Source: Enoplolaimus lenunculus (Eukaryota). Taken from it: DNA of 64,000 bases. Below the pieces are notes generated by a model. It was not told the origin of the DNA and did no database searches. It saw only the letters and a program-made list of their open reading frames with translations. The translations under genes were made by a program, and so were the position numbers. Shown here piece by piece: positions 1 through 12,500 of the stretch. The first letter of the stretch is position 1. Every line of letters starts with the position of its first letter. The stretch is taken from contig JASANG010003984.1 of assembly GCA_030248215.1 (NCBI GenBank), positions 372,001 to 436,000 on the forward strand. Direction: 5' to 3'.

Positions 1-629
1 GGTGGAATTACGACTCGGGTTAGTCCATGGAGGAATCCTTTCTCTGTTACAAGTGCACGCCTTGTGATTGGTTTACTACCTTAATGATATACTCAAATAC
101 GATTAGCTGATACAAATACTCCTTTCTGATTGGCTGAGCAATAGCTCCCTGTTGGCTACCAAACACTTTGTTTTACCAAGCAAAATGAAATCAAGCTGCA
201 TTACAACCAACCAGGAAACGTGCAGCTGGTATCAGGCATAATTCTGTCTTGGGCTAGCCTAAGTCGTAATTACGCTTTGGTCTAGGCCATTTCGGAATTG
301 GGCTGAATTACGACTTGGATTGCGACACATATACACCATTGACACCTTACCATGATACAACTCGCGGGATCGAGAGAGCGTATTTGAACCGGGTGGGACG
401 GTATGGATCGGAATCCTATAAAAGTTGACGGAACCATAAAGATTTAAGCTCGGTAATACTAGCGTTTATTGTCGAAACAAGAATACACAAGTATGCACAC
501 GAGTAACACAACCAGTGAAACTCGACAAGGATGTGAACTTACAGGTACGGATCTTGCAGTGATTTGTGATTGGCTAAGTTTCGTCTGAATCTTGAAAACC
601 CGAAAATATGTTAGATATCGCAATACCTA

Positions 630-982
630 TTCTGTAAAAGCTTCAACTAACTTTATTTAAGCTTAAGGTAATCCAGCAGTATTGAACTAACTTTCTAGAT
701 TAACTTTACTAACATGCAGGTTTACGCTTAGACTCATTTAAAATCTTACATATTTTCAGTTTAAGCTAAACTCAATGAACTCTTGGATACACATAATTTC
801 TGGGCTGCACTCATTAATGAAACGAAAAAAGTTTACGTAAACGCGTGTTAAACTTAAAAACATGTTAGTTTAAGTAAAACTTAAAATTCTAGTTTTAGTC
901 CGTCCAATCATTTAAGTTTTACTAAAACTAATATTGAAGATTAGTTAAGCTATATATAATTTAAATTTAAGTTTTTAGAGAG
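630..982 (+). mobile_element. MITE of about 355 bp, family A (CTCTCTAAAA...TTTTAGAGAG ends)
   Basis: Shares GCTTAAGGTAATCCAGCAGTATT and AGTCCGTCCA internal motifs with copies at 10143, 11250 and 14462. Confidence 0.75.
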
Positions 983-3006
983 TAAGAGGTAGCTATTAAT
1001 TAACAAAAACTCTTTTTAGAAGAAAGAAACACACGGTGTTTTAGACGACGAAAAATTACAAACTGACCTACCAGATGGCTACCGACCCGAAATATGACAA
1101 TATGCAAACGCCTCTAATTTGCGTATTCGATACTTTACCGAAACAAATTTACGCCTCCGAGTAAAACTAAAAAACAACAAAACCGGAGCTGAAACAAAGC
1201 TCACTTTGCGGTGTCGGCCCCGGTCAAGGAGTGAACGCCCATCAAATATCGTTAACATCAATGGCTGATCCATGGGGGGCCACTCCGGCCGTGCCCCTTC
1301 CCAAGAGCATCTCGACAAAAATTATATAGTGCCAATTGCTGTTCTACGTTGTTTGTTTCTCCATTTTATACACAATAGTATAAGCACGCTTTATAGTTTA
1401 TTTATGGACTCTAACAAGGGTTTAAGGACTCTGCCCGCTTACGGACTCTTATTAGGGATACGGACTCCTTATTAATTGGGACTCAAAATGGGGTCCCCCT
1501 CTTATTTGAATCACTACAGTACGGGTCAAAAATAAGTTTATTATCTGTGAAATTTTGCCCCCCCCCCCCCATTTTGAGATCCTGGATCCGCCACTGGTTA
1601 ACATACTAGAAAATATTAATTTATTTTATACAAAACACAGCCAAAATTGATGAAAGTTCAAAAAACTTGCAAGACAAATGGAAAAATCATGAAACATACA
1701 GCAAATAAAACAACAACAAACATCGAACATAACAACCGTATTGCTAAAATGACCATTTTACGACTAAATCAGAAAATATTTGGTGAAAAAATGCTACAGC
1801 TGTTAGCCAATTTAAAAAACAGGAGCGGAACAGTATTATAAGCATATTTTTAAGCATAAGTCTATTAGCCTAAGCCTAAACTTAAGCGTAAGGATGAGCA
1901 TACTCCTAAGCCTAAGCCTAAGCCTAAAGCCTAAGTTAAGCAAAACAATTAGTGTAAAACTTAAGCTTGCTCTATTCTAGTCCCACACGAAAACGTTCCA
2001 CCGCTGATCTTGACATGGGCCTGGCTGTTGTACATTTTCCCCCATAGTTATGTTTAAGGCTACGACTTAGGTTTAGGCACAGGAGGCATAGGCTTATTCT
2101 CAGGCTTAGGCATTAGGGTCAGGCTTGTTATTTGTCGTGGAATACTGAACAAGTACTTACTGGTAAGCGTTAATGGTACGACTCATGCGGACCTTTCGCC
2201 TCAAGTTTAAGGCTAACTAAGGTTTAGGCTCAGGATAACACTAAAGGCTTAGTATACGAAGCCTTTAGACATAGGCTTATTCTCAGGGCCGAACTTAGGC
2301 GTAGATTTGTTATTTGCGGTGGGAAACTATACAATTACCGGTGTAAGCCTTTTTCGAAACCTATAACCCTAAAGTAGATTTGAGCGTAAAGGTTAATCCA
2401 ACGGCAGAAAATCCGGTAATACTTTGAACAAAGTTCGCCTTCGGGCCCTGTAATATTAAACGCTATTGCTAAAGGGATACCTGCCGCATTTAGGTAAACA
2501 CCTGATTCGCACCAAATAGTGGCAGTTAAAGCTGAGTTTCAAACCTTCAAAACTTTTAATCTGCGTTTGAATCTGAAAGCTAAACAAATTTCGCTATGAA
2601 ATATGACTAGACACAGACTTTAGACTTTATTTAAGAAGAAATCCGTATAAAATTTCTCCAAAATCACAACTTGAATATTTTAGATTATTTCAAACATTGC
2701 GTAAAATGAGTTAAAGTAACACTGATGCAGTAACAACAAAACCGTACAGGCGTTAGTATGATATAAATTGTCAAACCAGAGATTTAAAAGATTGGTTTCA
2801 TGAAACTTGCCAATCTGGTTACACTATCATCTGTAGCAGTACCAGTTTCAAGAAAAACTGACACTATTTCGTGCTAACTTGTGAATACCTATTCGGACCA
2901 GCTTCATTTTATATCTATATAATTAAAGCTGTAATACCTCATATTTGTATTTTGGACAAGTTTCCAGCTTTACTTTGTTTACAATCGTTTGATAGCACAT
3001 AGACGG

Positions 3007-3414
3007 TACTGTTGTGACCCGAATAATATGGGGGACAGAAATTTATTTGACCTCTCCAGAGGGTACCCCTTGTTATTCGGTTACGGACTATTATTTATTT
3101 TCAGCCCGCCCTCTTTCAGCCTTCGTTACTGATATATAAGGTATTGCAACTATCCGTTGAATTAAACATTTTTTGCCTTGCATCAAAAGTTTGAACGATA
3201 ATGCAAGGTTACACATTGGAATGTACTTTCAAAATGTAAGGACGCTTTAAAGTTTCGGATTCAAATTACTTGTTTCTGGAGTCATTTTTGCGCTACAATT
3301 AGGGATAATTGACATTTATCGACTCTTAAGGTTGAGGGACACTATCGCTTACGAACTCTTCTTAAAATGGGGACCCCCTCTTATTACACCCTTCGTATTC
3401 GCGTCACCACAGTA
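3007..3414 (+). mobile_element. TA-flanked MITE of about 400-450 bp, family B (Tc1/mariner-pogo-like)
   Basis: TIR tactgt(a/t)gtgacccgaataa. Other copies at about 1385-1520 (partial), 8615-9061, 12057-12507 and 17258-17692. Confidence 0.75.
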
Positions 3415-3793
3415 TTGTTCTATAGTAAGCAGATTTGCGTACAGATTTTTATGCATTCGCTAACACTTTTGCGCATTGCACAAAGTTGGACAAACAGTTT
3501 TAGATTAAAACAATGACAATATGCTGGAATAATGGTCAAATTACGTAGATTTACAGGGTGGTTTTTAAAGTGAAACATGTGTATGCTACGTTACAGAATT
3601 TGTTTTTATTTTCTACAGTTTGGAAATGTTCAGGTCGCGAAATATTCCTCTGATGTCCTGTACCTATAGCTTCCTCATAGTTACAAACCATTTTTTGAAA
3701 ATAAGTTTATAGTTTGCTCTAAGTTGATCATATTTTAGCATATGTCAGAAAGGGTTTTACATTTTGTCAAGCGCTACAAAACGCTTAGCCACA

Positions 3794-4092
3794 AGCCCCA
3801 TTCACACGTTCATGTTTTTGCAGCGAGAGCTCGCAGCTACAACTTGCACTAAATACTTCAGCTGCAAGTATTGTCAAAGGAACATTGCGAGTGACCAATC
3901 AAACTACAGGTGCAAGAAATTCAAGCGACTTACAACTGCGTTAATAGGAGCGAATTAAATTACATAGCATGAACTCCAGTGTATAATTTGCAGCTGCATG
4001 AACTTCAAAGATGCTTTGTGACCAAACATAGCACATACAAGTTGGCATGTCCAAGTTTTTGCTGCAAAAACTTGCACGTGTGAATAGTGCTT
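3794..4092. mobile_element. PIF/Harbinger-like MITE
   Basis: TIR aagccc(c/t)attcacacg / cgtgtgaatag(t/g)gctt. Related copies at 28283-28883 and a fragment at about 9330-9397. Confidence 0.6.
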
Positions 4093-4264
4093 TTTACTGA
4101 ATCATTGTGGGATTTGAATTTTATGTCTTTATATGTAGTTGAATTCAGCGTGGTTGTCTGGTTAACACTTATTTTAAGTGAAGTAAATGTCGAAATATTT
4201 AGACTTATAAAATTTTGTAATATACAATTGAAAACGTTTTCATTATAGATTCCATAACGTTAAT

Positions 4265-4454
4265 GGCCAATGTTACTTTTAGCGCCGTAACAGTAGATTA
4301 AGCGTATTCTTAAGCCTAAGCCTAAGCGTTGCCAAAAACAAGCCTAAGCATAAGCCTAAGTCTAAGCATAAGCAAGAAGTTGTAGTCTAGATTGTAAGCC
4401 TACTCTTTCACAGACCCACCAGAAACCGGGACGGCCTTAAAAGTAACATGAGCC
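4265..4454 (+). mobile_element. TAAGCC/TTAGGC-repeat MITE with GGCC ends and 8-bp TSD (Merlin- or hAT-like)
   Basis: TIR ggccaatgttactttta / taaaagtaacatgagcc; flanks acgttaat/acattaat. Many relatives at 1805-2020, 5150-5330, 8290-8460, 10720-10918, 11923-12576, 13005-13202, 13284-13459, 18602-18793, 19030-19314, 19328-19548, 21948-22128 and 23060-23222. Confidence 0.75.
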
Positions 4455-4665
4455 ACATTAATTAACAGTGGAATTTTAAATAAATGTTAATTTATACTTG
4501 AGCTTCTCGTGAAATTGAATCGTTTAAGCGACCGCCAGCGTTGTTTTGATTAACAAGACGATTACTCAGCGACTGCAAATTGGGACCACCACCGTAACCT
4601 GAAACCAAACAAATCAACTTTTATGCGCCGATCAACTGTTCGAAATATCAAGATATACAATACCA

Positions 4666-4874
4666 CACTGCAAAAAATGGTGAGTCAAATTGACTCCCTC
4701 CGAAATAGGCTCTACGAGACTACACAAACTGAGTCAAATTCGACTCCGCCAGAGTCAAACGTGCGACTAAGTGAAGCCAATTTGACTCTGGTGGAGTCTG
4801 ATTTGACTCAATTTGCGTAGTCCCGTAGAGCCTATTTCGGAGGGAGTCAATTTGACTCACCATTATTTGCAGTG
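4666..4874. mobile_element. Palindromic 209 bp MITE with CACTG ends and 2-bp TSD (CA)
   Basis: Near-perfect TIR of about 60 bp (cactgcaaaaaatggtgagtcaaattgactccctccgaaataggctctacg), flanked by ca...ca. Confidence 0.85.
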
Positions 4875-4890
4875 CAGAACCTGTTGCCAA

Positions 4891-5146
4891 CGCTGCAAAT
4901 TTCAATGAGTTAATTAATAAATTCATCTAGCGAGTTAGTTATTTCTGAATTAATAGCAGTAAAACATTAACTCACTCTGAGTTAGGTTGATCCATACTTT
5001 GATTTGAGTTGACTCTGGGTGAATTGATTAATAATTAACTCAGAATGAATTAAACCAACTCAAAATTCTGAGTTCTGATAGTTCTAATTCAGACTGAGTG
5101 ATTCAACTCATTCTGAGTTAAAATCAACTCACTAAAATTTACAGTG
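4891..5146 (+). mobile_element. MITE of about 256 bp with C(A/G)CTG..CAGTG ends and 2-bp TSD
   Basis: Second copy at 5767-6023; flanks aa/aa here and ca/ca there; rich in AACTCA/TGAGTT motifs. Confidence 0.7.
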
Positions 5147-5766
5147 AATGTATAGAACACGACAGCATACAGTAGTGTAAGCATATTCGTAAGCCTAAAG
5201 CCTAAGTCTATAGCTTAAGCGTAGAAATGAGGTTATACATAAGTTTAAGCATAAGCAAGAAATTAGTCTAAAGCGCAAGCTTATTCTATTGCAGTCCGAC
5301 AGAAAAACGTTTCGCCGTTGGTGTTTATATGGTATGAAGCGATGATAGGTCTTTATCCTAAAAATGTACTAATATCCATTTAGTTGATAGAAAACACATC
5401 ATTTTGCAGGTACGGATCCGTGTCAAAACTTAGTTTCCTTCAACGAATTTCTAAATTGCTGAATTTTAATATTAAAAAAAGAGTAAAACACTGTATGAAC
5501 AGTTTACCTGAAAACTTGTGTTTGAGACTCAAAAACAGGTAAAATGTCGAAGATTTAATAGAGACAAGAAAATTCGGCTCAAACTCGTATGATTGATTTG
5601 CGTATTGCGTCGCTGACTGCAGTTTGATACGTTCCAACTGTAAAAATTTTTTAAATGAATTTGAAACTAAAAAATTGTGTATTTCAGTAATTTTTCGATG
5701 TTAGCAATTTTTTCGAGTTTTGACACGGAACACATGGATTTAGCTTTTTATTGCGCACAAATACCA

Positions 5767-6023
5767 CACTGCAAATGCCCATATCAGTTGATTAATCAAC
5801 TCAGAGAGACAATTTTAGTTATTTGTGGTTATTTCGTAGTTAATAACAAGAAACGTTAACTCGCGCTGAGCCGATTTAATTCTGTGTTAGTTGATTTTAA
5901 TTAACTCAGAATGAGTTGAATCAATTCAGAATTCTGACTTTTGAAAAACATAATTCAGAACTCAGACTTGTGAGTGGATTGAATTCATTCCAAGTTAAAA
6001 TCAACTCGCTGAAATTTACAGTG
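5767..6023 (+). mobile_element. Second copy of the 256 bp CACTG-ended MITE
   Basis: cactgcaaat...gaaatttacagtg; homologous to 4891-5146. Confidence 0.7.
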
Positions 6024-6574
6024 CACAAGCAATAAAGCTCGCACAGGCGTAGAGAAGTCACACTAATTGCATTTGTATACACATGGGCATCGGGTTGATA
6101 TTTGGAGGCCATGTTCCCCCAAAATTCGGTGGTGCCCGGCCCCAAATTGACTCAGTCTAAAAGTAAACAATCGTAAGTTGCCATTGTACGGGCGCCCCAA
6201 ACGTATTCGGTGCCTCATCAAACATAATTTTCTGCGGACGTCCATGCGTATACAGCGGTGTCGGCTGCAAAATAAGGACTCTACCCACAAAATATAATAT
6301 GCTTAAATTTAAACTAACACCATAATGTCTTGAAAAATGACAGTTCAAGACAGGCTTGTTGCCAAATCAACATACTGGGATTGAGGCTAAAAAAATTTTT
6401 ACGAGGGCCAAAATATTTCCAGGGGCGGACTGTGCTCCCACAGGCTCCCGTTGGCTACGGGCCCGGCGCAATGTTTTGAATTTAAAACATTAATTTTAAA
6501 GAATTCAGAAAAAACGGCGTTTCAATGATTATGACCATTAATTTCTTGTACGACGATATCGATTTAATCTATTC

Positions 6575-9500
6575 TCAAACACAAACCCTACCGTCGCTTC
6601 CGTTCATTGATGCCGTTGTTGGCGACCGACGGTCCCCATTTCCGGTTCGGATCACTCGAGTATCTGGACGGTACCTAAAAACTAAATAATTTAATAGTAT
6701 TAATGATATAAAAATTACATAGCTAATCTCAAATTACGTGCATCACGTCATGTTTAGGTTAATTTGTTTCTTACGGGTTAAAACTAACGTTGAATACAAC
6801 AATTTGCTAAATAGTTAATAGCCAATTTTGTGCTTAAATAAATGCTCAGGTTAAGTTTACAAATTAACCGTTCCAGTATATTAATTTTGGGTCAATTGAA
6901 ACTGAAGGTATTGACTACACTCGAATAAATGTTGAGTCAAATTGATTCTCTCCGAAATAGGCTCTACGGGACTACGCAAACTGAGTTACATTCGACTCCG
7001 TCCGAGTCAAACGTGCGACTCAGAGAGTTGAATTTGACTCTGGCGCAGTCAAATTTGACTTAGTTTGTGTAGTCCCGTTGAGCATATTTCGGATAGAGTC
7101 AATTTTACTCACAATTTTTTGCAGTGTATCTTTTTCACATAAAACAATATGATTGTTTGGCATTCGTTCAAAATTGCCATTAATTTTTTTTGTTACAAAA
7201 GAACATACCATTCCCTATCCGGTCCAGGTCCACCAGGATTGCTGTTGGTGACATAAGTTGTGGATTGTGGATATCCTCCGGTCGGAGCGCCTTGTTGGCG
7301 ATATGCTTCATCCCGCCGTGCCGCTTCTGCTCGGGCATCCTGATATGCGGTTGACCGACCGTTTGTATTATTGTTCGCTGGTGTCATTTTCTTAGATTTC
7401 TTGTTTCTAAAATCATTTCGGAAAATTACATTTTCTAAATTGTGGAAATACAAAAAAGATGAAGTTTGAACGACTATATTCACTGGAGTGAATAGACCTG
7501 TTTGTACTATTGTTCAAGGGTGTTGTTTATTTTTATATTTTGTATTTATTTCTATTGTTTTTTGTAGTTTTTCAATTACTATTCAATGTTTATTTTTATT
7601 TTTTAATTATTATTCAATCTTTATTTTTATTTTTAATTATTATTCAATCTTTGTTTTTATTTTTTAATTATTATTCAATGTTTATTTTTATTTTTTATTT
7701 ATTATTCAATCGATACCCATATATATAGCAAAAAAAGCAACCGGTATGATTAAACTTACGGGGCAAATACAAATAGAAATATACACATCGCCAGCAAAAT
7801 CAAAAATGCCAGTCCAAAGAATACTCCAAGCACAATGGTTGCAGTTCGGAAATGGGACGCAGTCTGAAACAGATCAGTCCATAAAGTCAAAATGATTGCA
7901 AGCCTAAGCCTAATCCTAAGCGCAAGAATGATTATATTCCTAACCCTAAGCCTAAGCCATAATATAGGTACATCAACGTATTTTAATATTTATACACTCA
8001 ATCTACAATTCGTCGTGTGATAAATTGTCGCCCAACGAGTGTCCTAAAGTCACAAATGTCGATAGAAACCGCATCCTAAAGCCTACAAATAAATCAAAGC
8101 ATTATCAGATTACAAGTTGCCGGTCGACGAGTTGTCGGTCGACGAATTGTCGTGATATAACTTTCAGTACACTAATGTAAGCAATGATCATCAATTTACG
8201 TTATTGTTTACTCAAAATGATGGATATGTCGCAACGGAAGTTCCTACTCTGAGTATTTTGCTATGCTGCTTACGCGCAAACGGCGCATGTATAGTTCAGG
8301 AACAAAGGGTTTTCCGTGGGACAGCTATAAAGTGAGCTTAAGCTTTAGACTATTTTTACTTAGGCTTTCGAATTAGGTATAAGCTTCTTCTTAAGCGTAA
8401 ACTTAGGCTTCCATTTTGGCTTAAGAATATGCTTATACTGCTGTTACGACCATAAACACTGTGCATTGCGTATTATTTCGTACGCATGCTTTGTAATGAT
8501 TCGAAACTGAATTACAAGTGGAAGAGATTACCGAGGATAACCGTTTGACTAGAACTTGGTATCCTTCAGTGATTTCTGTCAAACAATCTTGGCCTGTAAC
8601 CAAACAAAAAAACGTACTGTAGTGAAGCGATAAGACGAGTGGATGGAGTAATAAGAGAGTTCCCATTTTGTGTCCCAATCAATAGGAGTTTGGACTACTA
8701 ATAATAAAAGTCCGTAAGCAGATAGTGTTCCTAAAGTTTAATTAGAGTTCATAAATGTCAATATGCATAAATAACTCCACGACCACATAAAGATGAGTTC
8801 GAAACTATAAAGCATACTTAAGTTTTGAAAGTACATTGCTTAGTATAACGTTGCGTTATCGCTCAAGCTTTTGATACAAGACAAGCAAGCGTTTAAATTC
8901 AACGGATAGTTGGAAACTGGATAGTGGTTATATATCAGTAACAAAGGGCAACGGAGGGCGCGTTAAAATGAAAAACTGTACGTACATCGAATAACAAGGG
9001 GGGTACTCTCTGGAAAGGTCAAATAAATATCAGTCTCCTCTCTTATTCGGGTCACTACAGCAGGGTTTTATCTATTCATCTCTGGCTCCAGTTAAACTTG
9101 CCGACTTTATTTTCAATGTTTTCGGTGACATAGCTGTATTAAGAGTAAAACACTTGTTAACTGTTTATTATGTTGTTTTGGTGCTTTAGTTGAGCTACGA
9201 GTTGTTAATTATAAGCCGTCAACCACAACCGTTGCATCATATAAGACCTATCTCAACGTGGTATTACATAGAACGAGCCAGCCGAAGCATACAAACTCAC
9301 TGACGAATTCAGGATGTAAAGGCGAGCAAACACTTTTTGGTGCAATTTGCAGCTGCAAATTCTCGCAGCAAAAACTTGCTTGTGTGAATAGGGCTTTAAG
9401 CTCTTACAGATTAAAAAAACTAACCAATAACGCCAGGAGGGCATACAAAACAATTGCTTCGATCAATATCGTTCAATCGTGGGTTATATTGCGACTGCGT

Positions 9501-12500
9501 TGTGTTGCAAACCATGAATTCGTTCGTTTTTTGACTATTGCACTGTACTGCAGTCGAATCGTCAATCGGTTCACAGTTCCACAAATCACATTCGTTTCCA
9601 AAACGAGTCGTATCGCAACTGATTGTAAACGTTAGATCAAGTCTGAAAACAACCGCAAAATTATCATCACCAGCAGCGTCGTCGGCATTTGATTTCGGAT
9701 CGGTTGACTAACAGCTACACATCCGTAACCAGTGTCACTTTGCTCGTAAGTCCTCGAAAACCACTTGTATGCCTTTCAGAAAATCGTTTAGCCTCCTTCA
9801 GCAAGGTGAGCTAAGCAGGCATAAGCTTAAGCTTTATCGTATAGGCAACGTCTGAAACTAAACGTCTAAGATTACGCGCAAAGGTTAGTCTGGACATATA
9901 CAAGGAGAGGAATAGGGCAGATATATGTCCTACGGAAACTTCAGGAGAGACAAAAATAACCACTTTTAACTGGCTTTAGAAAAACCTGCTGCATTCTAGA
10001 CTTAAAACAAATTCATCTTACATGAGGTATCTCATGTTACTTTAAGAGGCGTCCAGGTTTCTGGTGAGTCTATAAAAGAGAAGGTTTCGATTCTAGATTA
10101 CACTTTGTTGCATGGGCCCAAAATCTCGATACTATAAAGGTGCTCTCTAAAAGCTCAAACTAACTTGTTTTAAGCTTAAGGTAATCCAGCAGTATTAAAA
10201 CTTACTTTGTAGATTAACTAAACTAACAAGTACGTTTACGCTTAAACTCATTGCAAATCTTATATATATGTTTAGTTTAAGCTTAACTTAACAAACTCTT
10301 AAATACATGTAATTTCTGAGCTGCACTCATCACTTAAACTCAAAATAAGTTTACTTAAACTCGTGTTAAACTTAAAAACAAATTAGTTTAAGTAAAACTT
10401 AAAATTCTAGTTTAGTTAGTCCGTCCAGCCATTTAAGTTTTATTAAAACTAATATTCAAGTTTAGTTAAGCTATAATTTAAGTATAAGTTTTTAGAGAGT
10501 GTCTTTTACTCATTGTTCTGCGAGATGGTTCCGTGCCATTTGGCATCTTGCGTAACATGAGGAGTGACGTCAGTCAAATTGTACAAAAATTGTTCCATCA
10601 CCGTTGCGCCTTGACGAAACGCGTTTGTTGAATCAATCAGATTGCCCATACTGTATACCACGAACATAAACGATGCCTGAAAGTTCACAAAAATAAAAAA
10701 ATAACTTTATTAAGTGTTTGACCAATGTTACTTTTAAGGCCGTAACAGTAGATAAAGAGTATTCCTAAGCCTAAGCCTAAGCGTTGCCTAAGCGTATCCC
10801 TAAAGCCTAAGCCTAAGCCTAAGTCTAAGCCTAAGCAAAAAAATTGTAGTCTAGAATGTAAGCCTACACTTTTATAGACCCATCAGAAACCGGGACGGCC
10901 CTAAAAGTAACGTGGGCCAAGTGATTTGTAACTAAGCATACTTTAGTATTTGCTAAAATCAGACACGTACTTGATCATATTTTTGATTTCTAAAATCGTA
11001 GTCCAGTTTAGGCAGTACTTTATGAGTAAGGGTTGCGCTATACTCGCCGCGCGGCGCCTGATGCCGCCGGACGCTGGCCCACGGCACGGTAAAAGCTTAG
11101 CCGCACACCGCCAAACGCCGCCGCCCCCCCGGCGGTTGACGCGTTAAGCTGTAATTCTTATTAAACATTACCACACGCCGTCGTGTGGCGGCGCGCACCG
11201 GCGTCTGGTTCAGTAAACTATACCGCAACCCGACTATTTCAGAAACCTACCCTCTAAAACTTAAACTTAAATTATAGCTTAACTAAACTCGAATGTGAGT
11301 TTAAGTAAAACTTAAATGGCTGGACGGACTAACTAAACTAGAATTTTAAATTTAAGTTAAACTAACATATTTTCAAGTTTAAAGCGAGTTTAAGCTAAAC
11401 TTATTCTTAGTTTAAAGTGTAAGTGTTGTTCTGAAAGTATGTTAGTATTCATTCGGTTAAGATTAAACTAAAAATAAGTCATATTTCAATTGGGTTAACG
11501 CGTAAACTATCACAGCCAGTTTAGCTAAACTAGAAAGTTAGCTTAACACTGCTGGATTAGCTTAAGCTTAAATTGAGTTTAATTTAAGTATTTACAGAGC
11601 AGCTATTGCAGGCGTATAGGGATCCACTTATAACATCACGGGACTTTGAAATTTAATCTGTACCATTTTAAGGAGCGAACCGCTTACCGGTTTCGCAGCA
11701 AACTTATACGACAACGGATGTCCGAACCAAAAGCTTGAATTTTTAAAATCAAACGCGCCTGTGTTCAAGTCAAGTTGATGTGCTTGATCGCTCCATTTGA
11801 TTGGTCCAGTTTCGTGAGCCATGTTTCCGCTGAAATATTTGACAATTTTGGACAACTTTTTTTCACTTGCGTCAAATTTTGTGTGTAACTTTGGACGAGC
11901 GCTTTTATATTCTCAATTAGCATGGGCCCGTGTAAAGATCAGGGGCGCAACGGTTTTCTGTGGGACTGCAATAGAGAAAGCTTAAGCTTTTGGCTAATTT
12001 TTTTTGTTTCGTTTAGGCTTAGGCTTAGGCTTAGGAATATGATCATTCTTGCGCTTACTGTATTGACCAGAGTAAGAGGGGGGATAATAAGAGGGGGCGT
12101 CCCCATTTTGAGTCCCGATCAATAAGAGTCCGTATCCCTAAATAAGTGTCCGTAAGCGGATAGAGTCCTTAAACCTTAATTAGAGTCCATAAATGTCAAT
12201 TATCCCTAATTGTAGCGCATAAATGACTCCAGGTCCAAATAATTTGACTTCGAACCTTTAAAGCGTACTTAAGTTTTGAAAGTGCATTCCAACGTATAAA
12301 CGTTGCATTATCGCTCAAGCTATTGACACAACACAAACAAACATTTAATTCAACGGATAGTTGTAGTACCGGATATGTGTCAGTAACGAAGTGTGGCGGA
12401 GGGTGGGTTAAAAATAAATAACAGTTCGTAACCGAATAACAAGGGGGTATCCTCTGGAGAGGCCAAATAAATATCAGTCCCCCCTTTTATTCGGGTCAAT

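Noticed and set aside
4623..4926. Similar ORFs on both strands (MVSQIDSLRNRL)
   Set aside because: Artefact of a palindromic MITE.
9101..9160. Possible extra exon with a GC donor in the minus-strand gene
   Set aside because: Direct splicing of 9425 to 8593 gives the coherent CPPGVIGQDC motif with correct phase, so no extra exon is needed.
7760..10676. Tetraspanin-like interpretation of the minus-strand exons
   Set aside because: There is only one TM and no CCG motif; the full splice model fits a type I C2-DSL-like protein.
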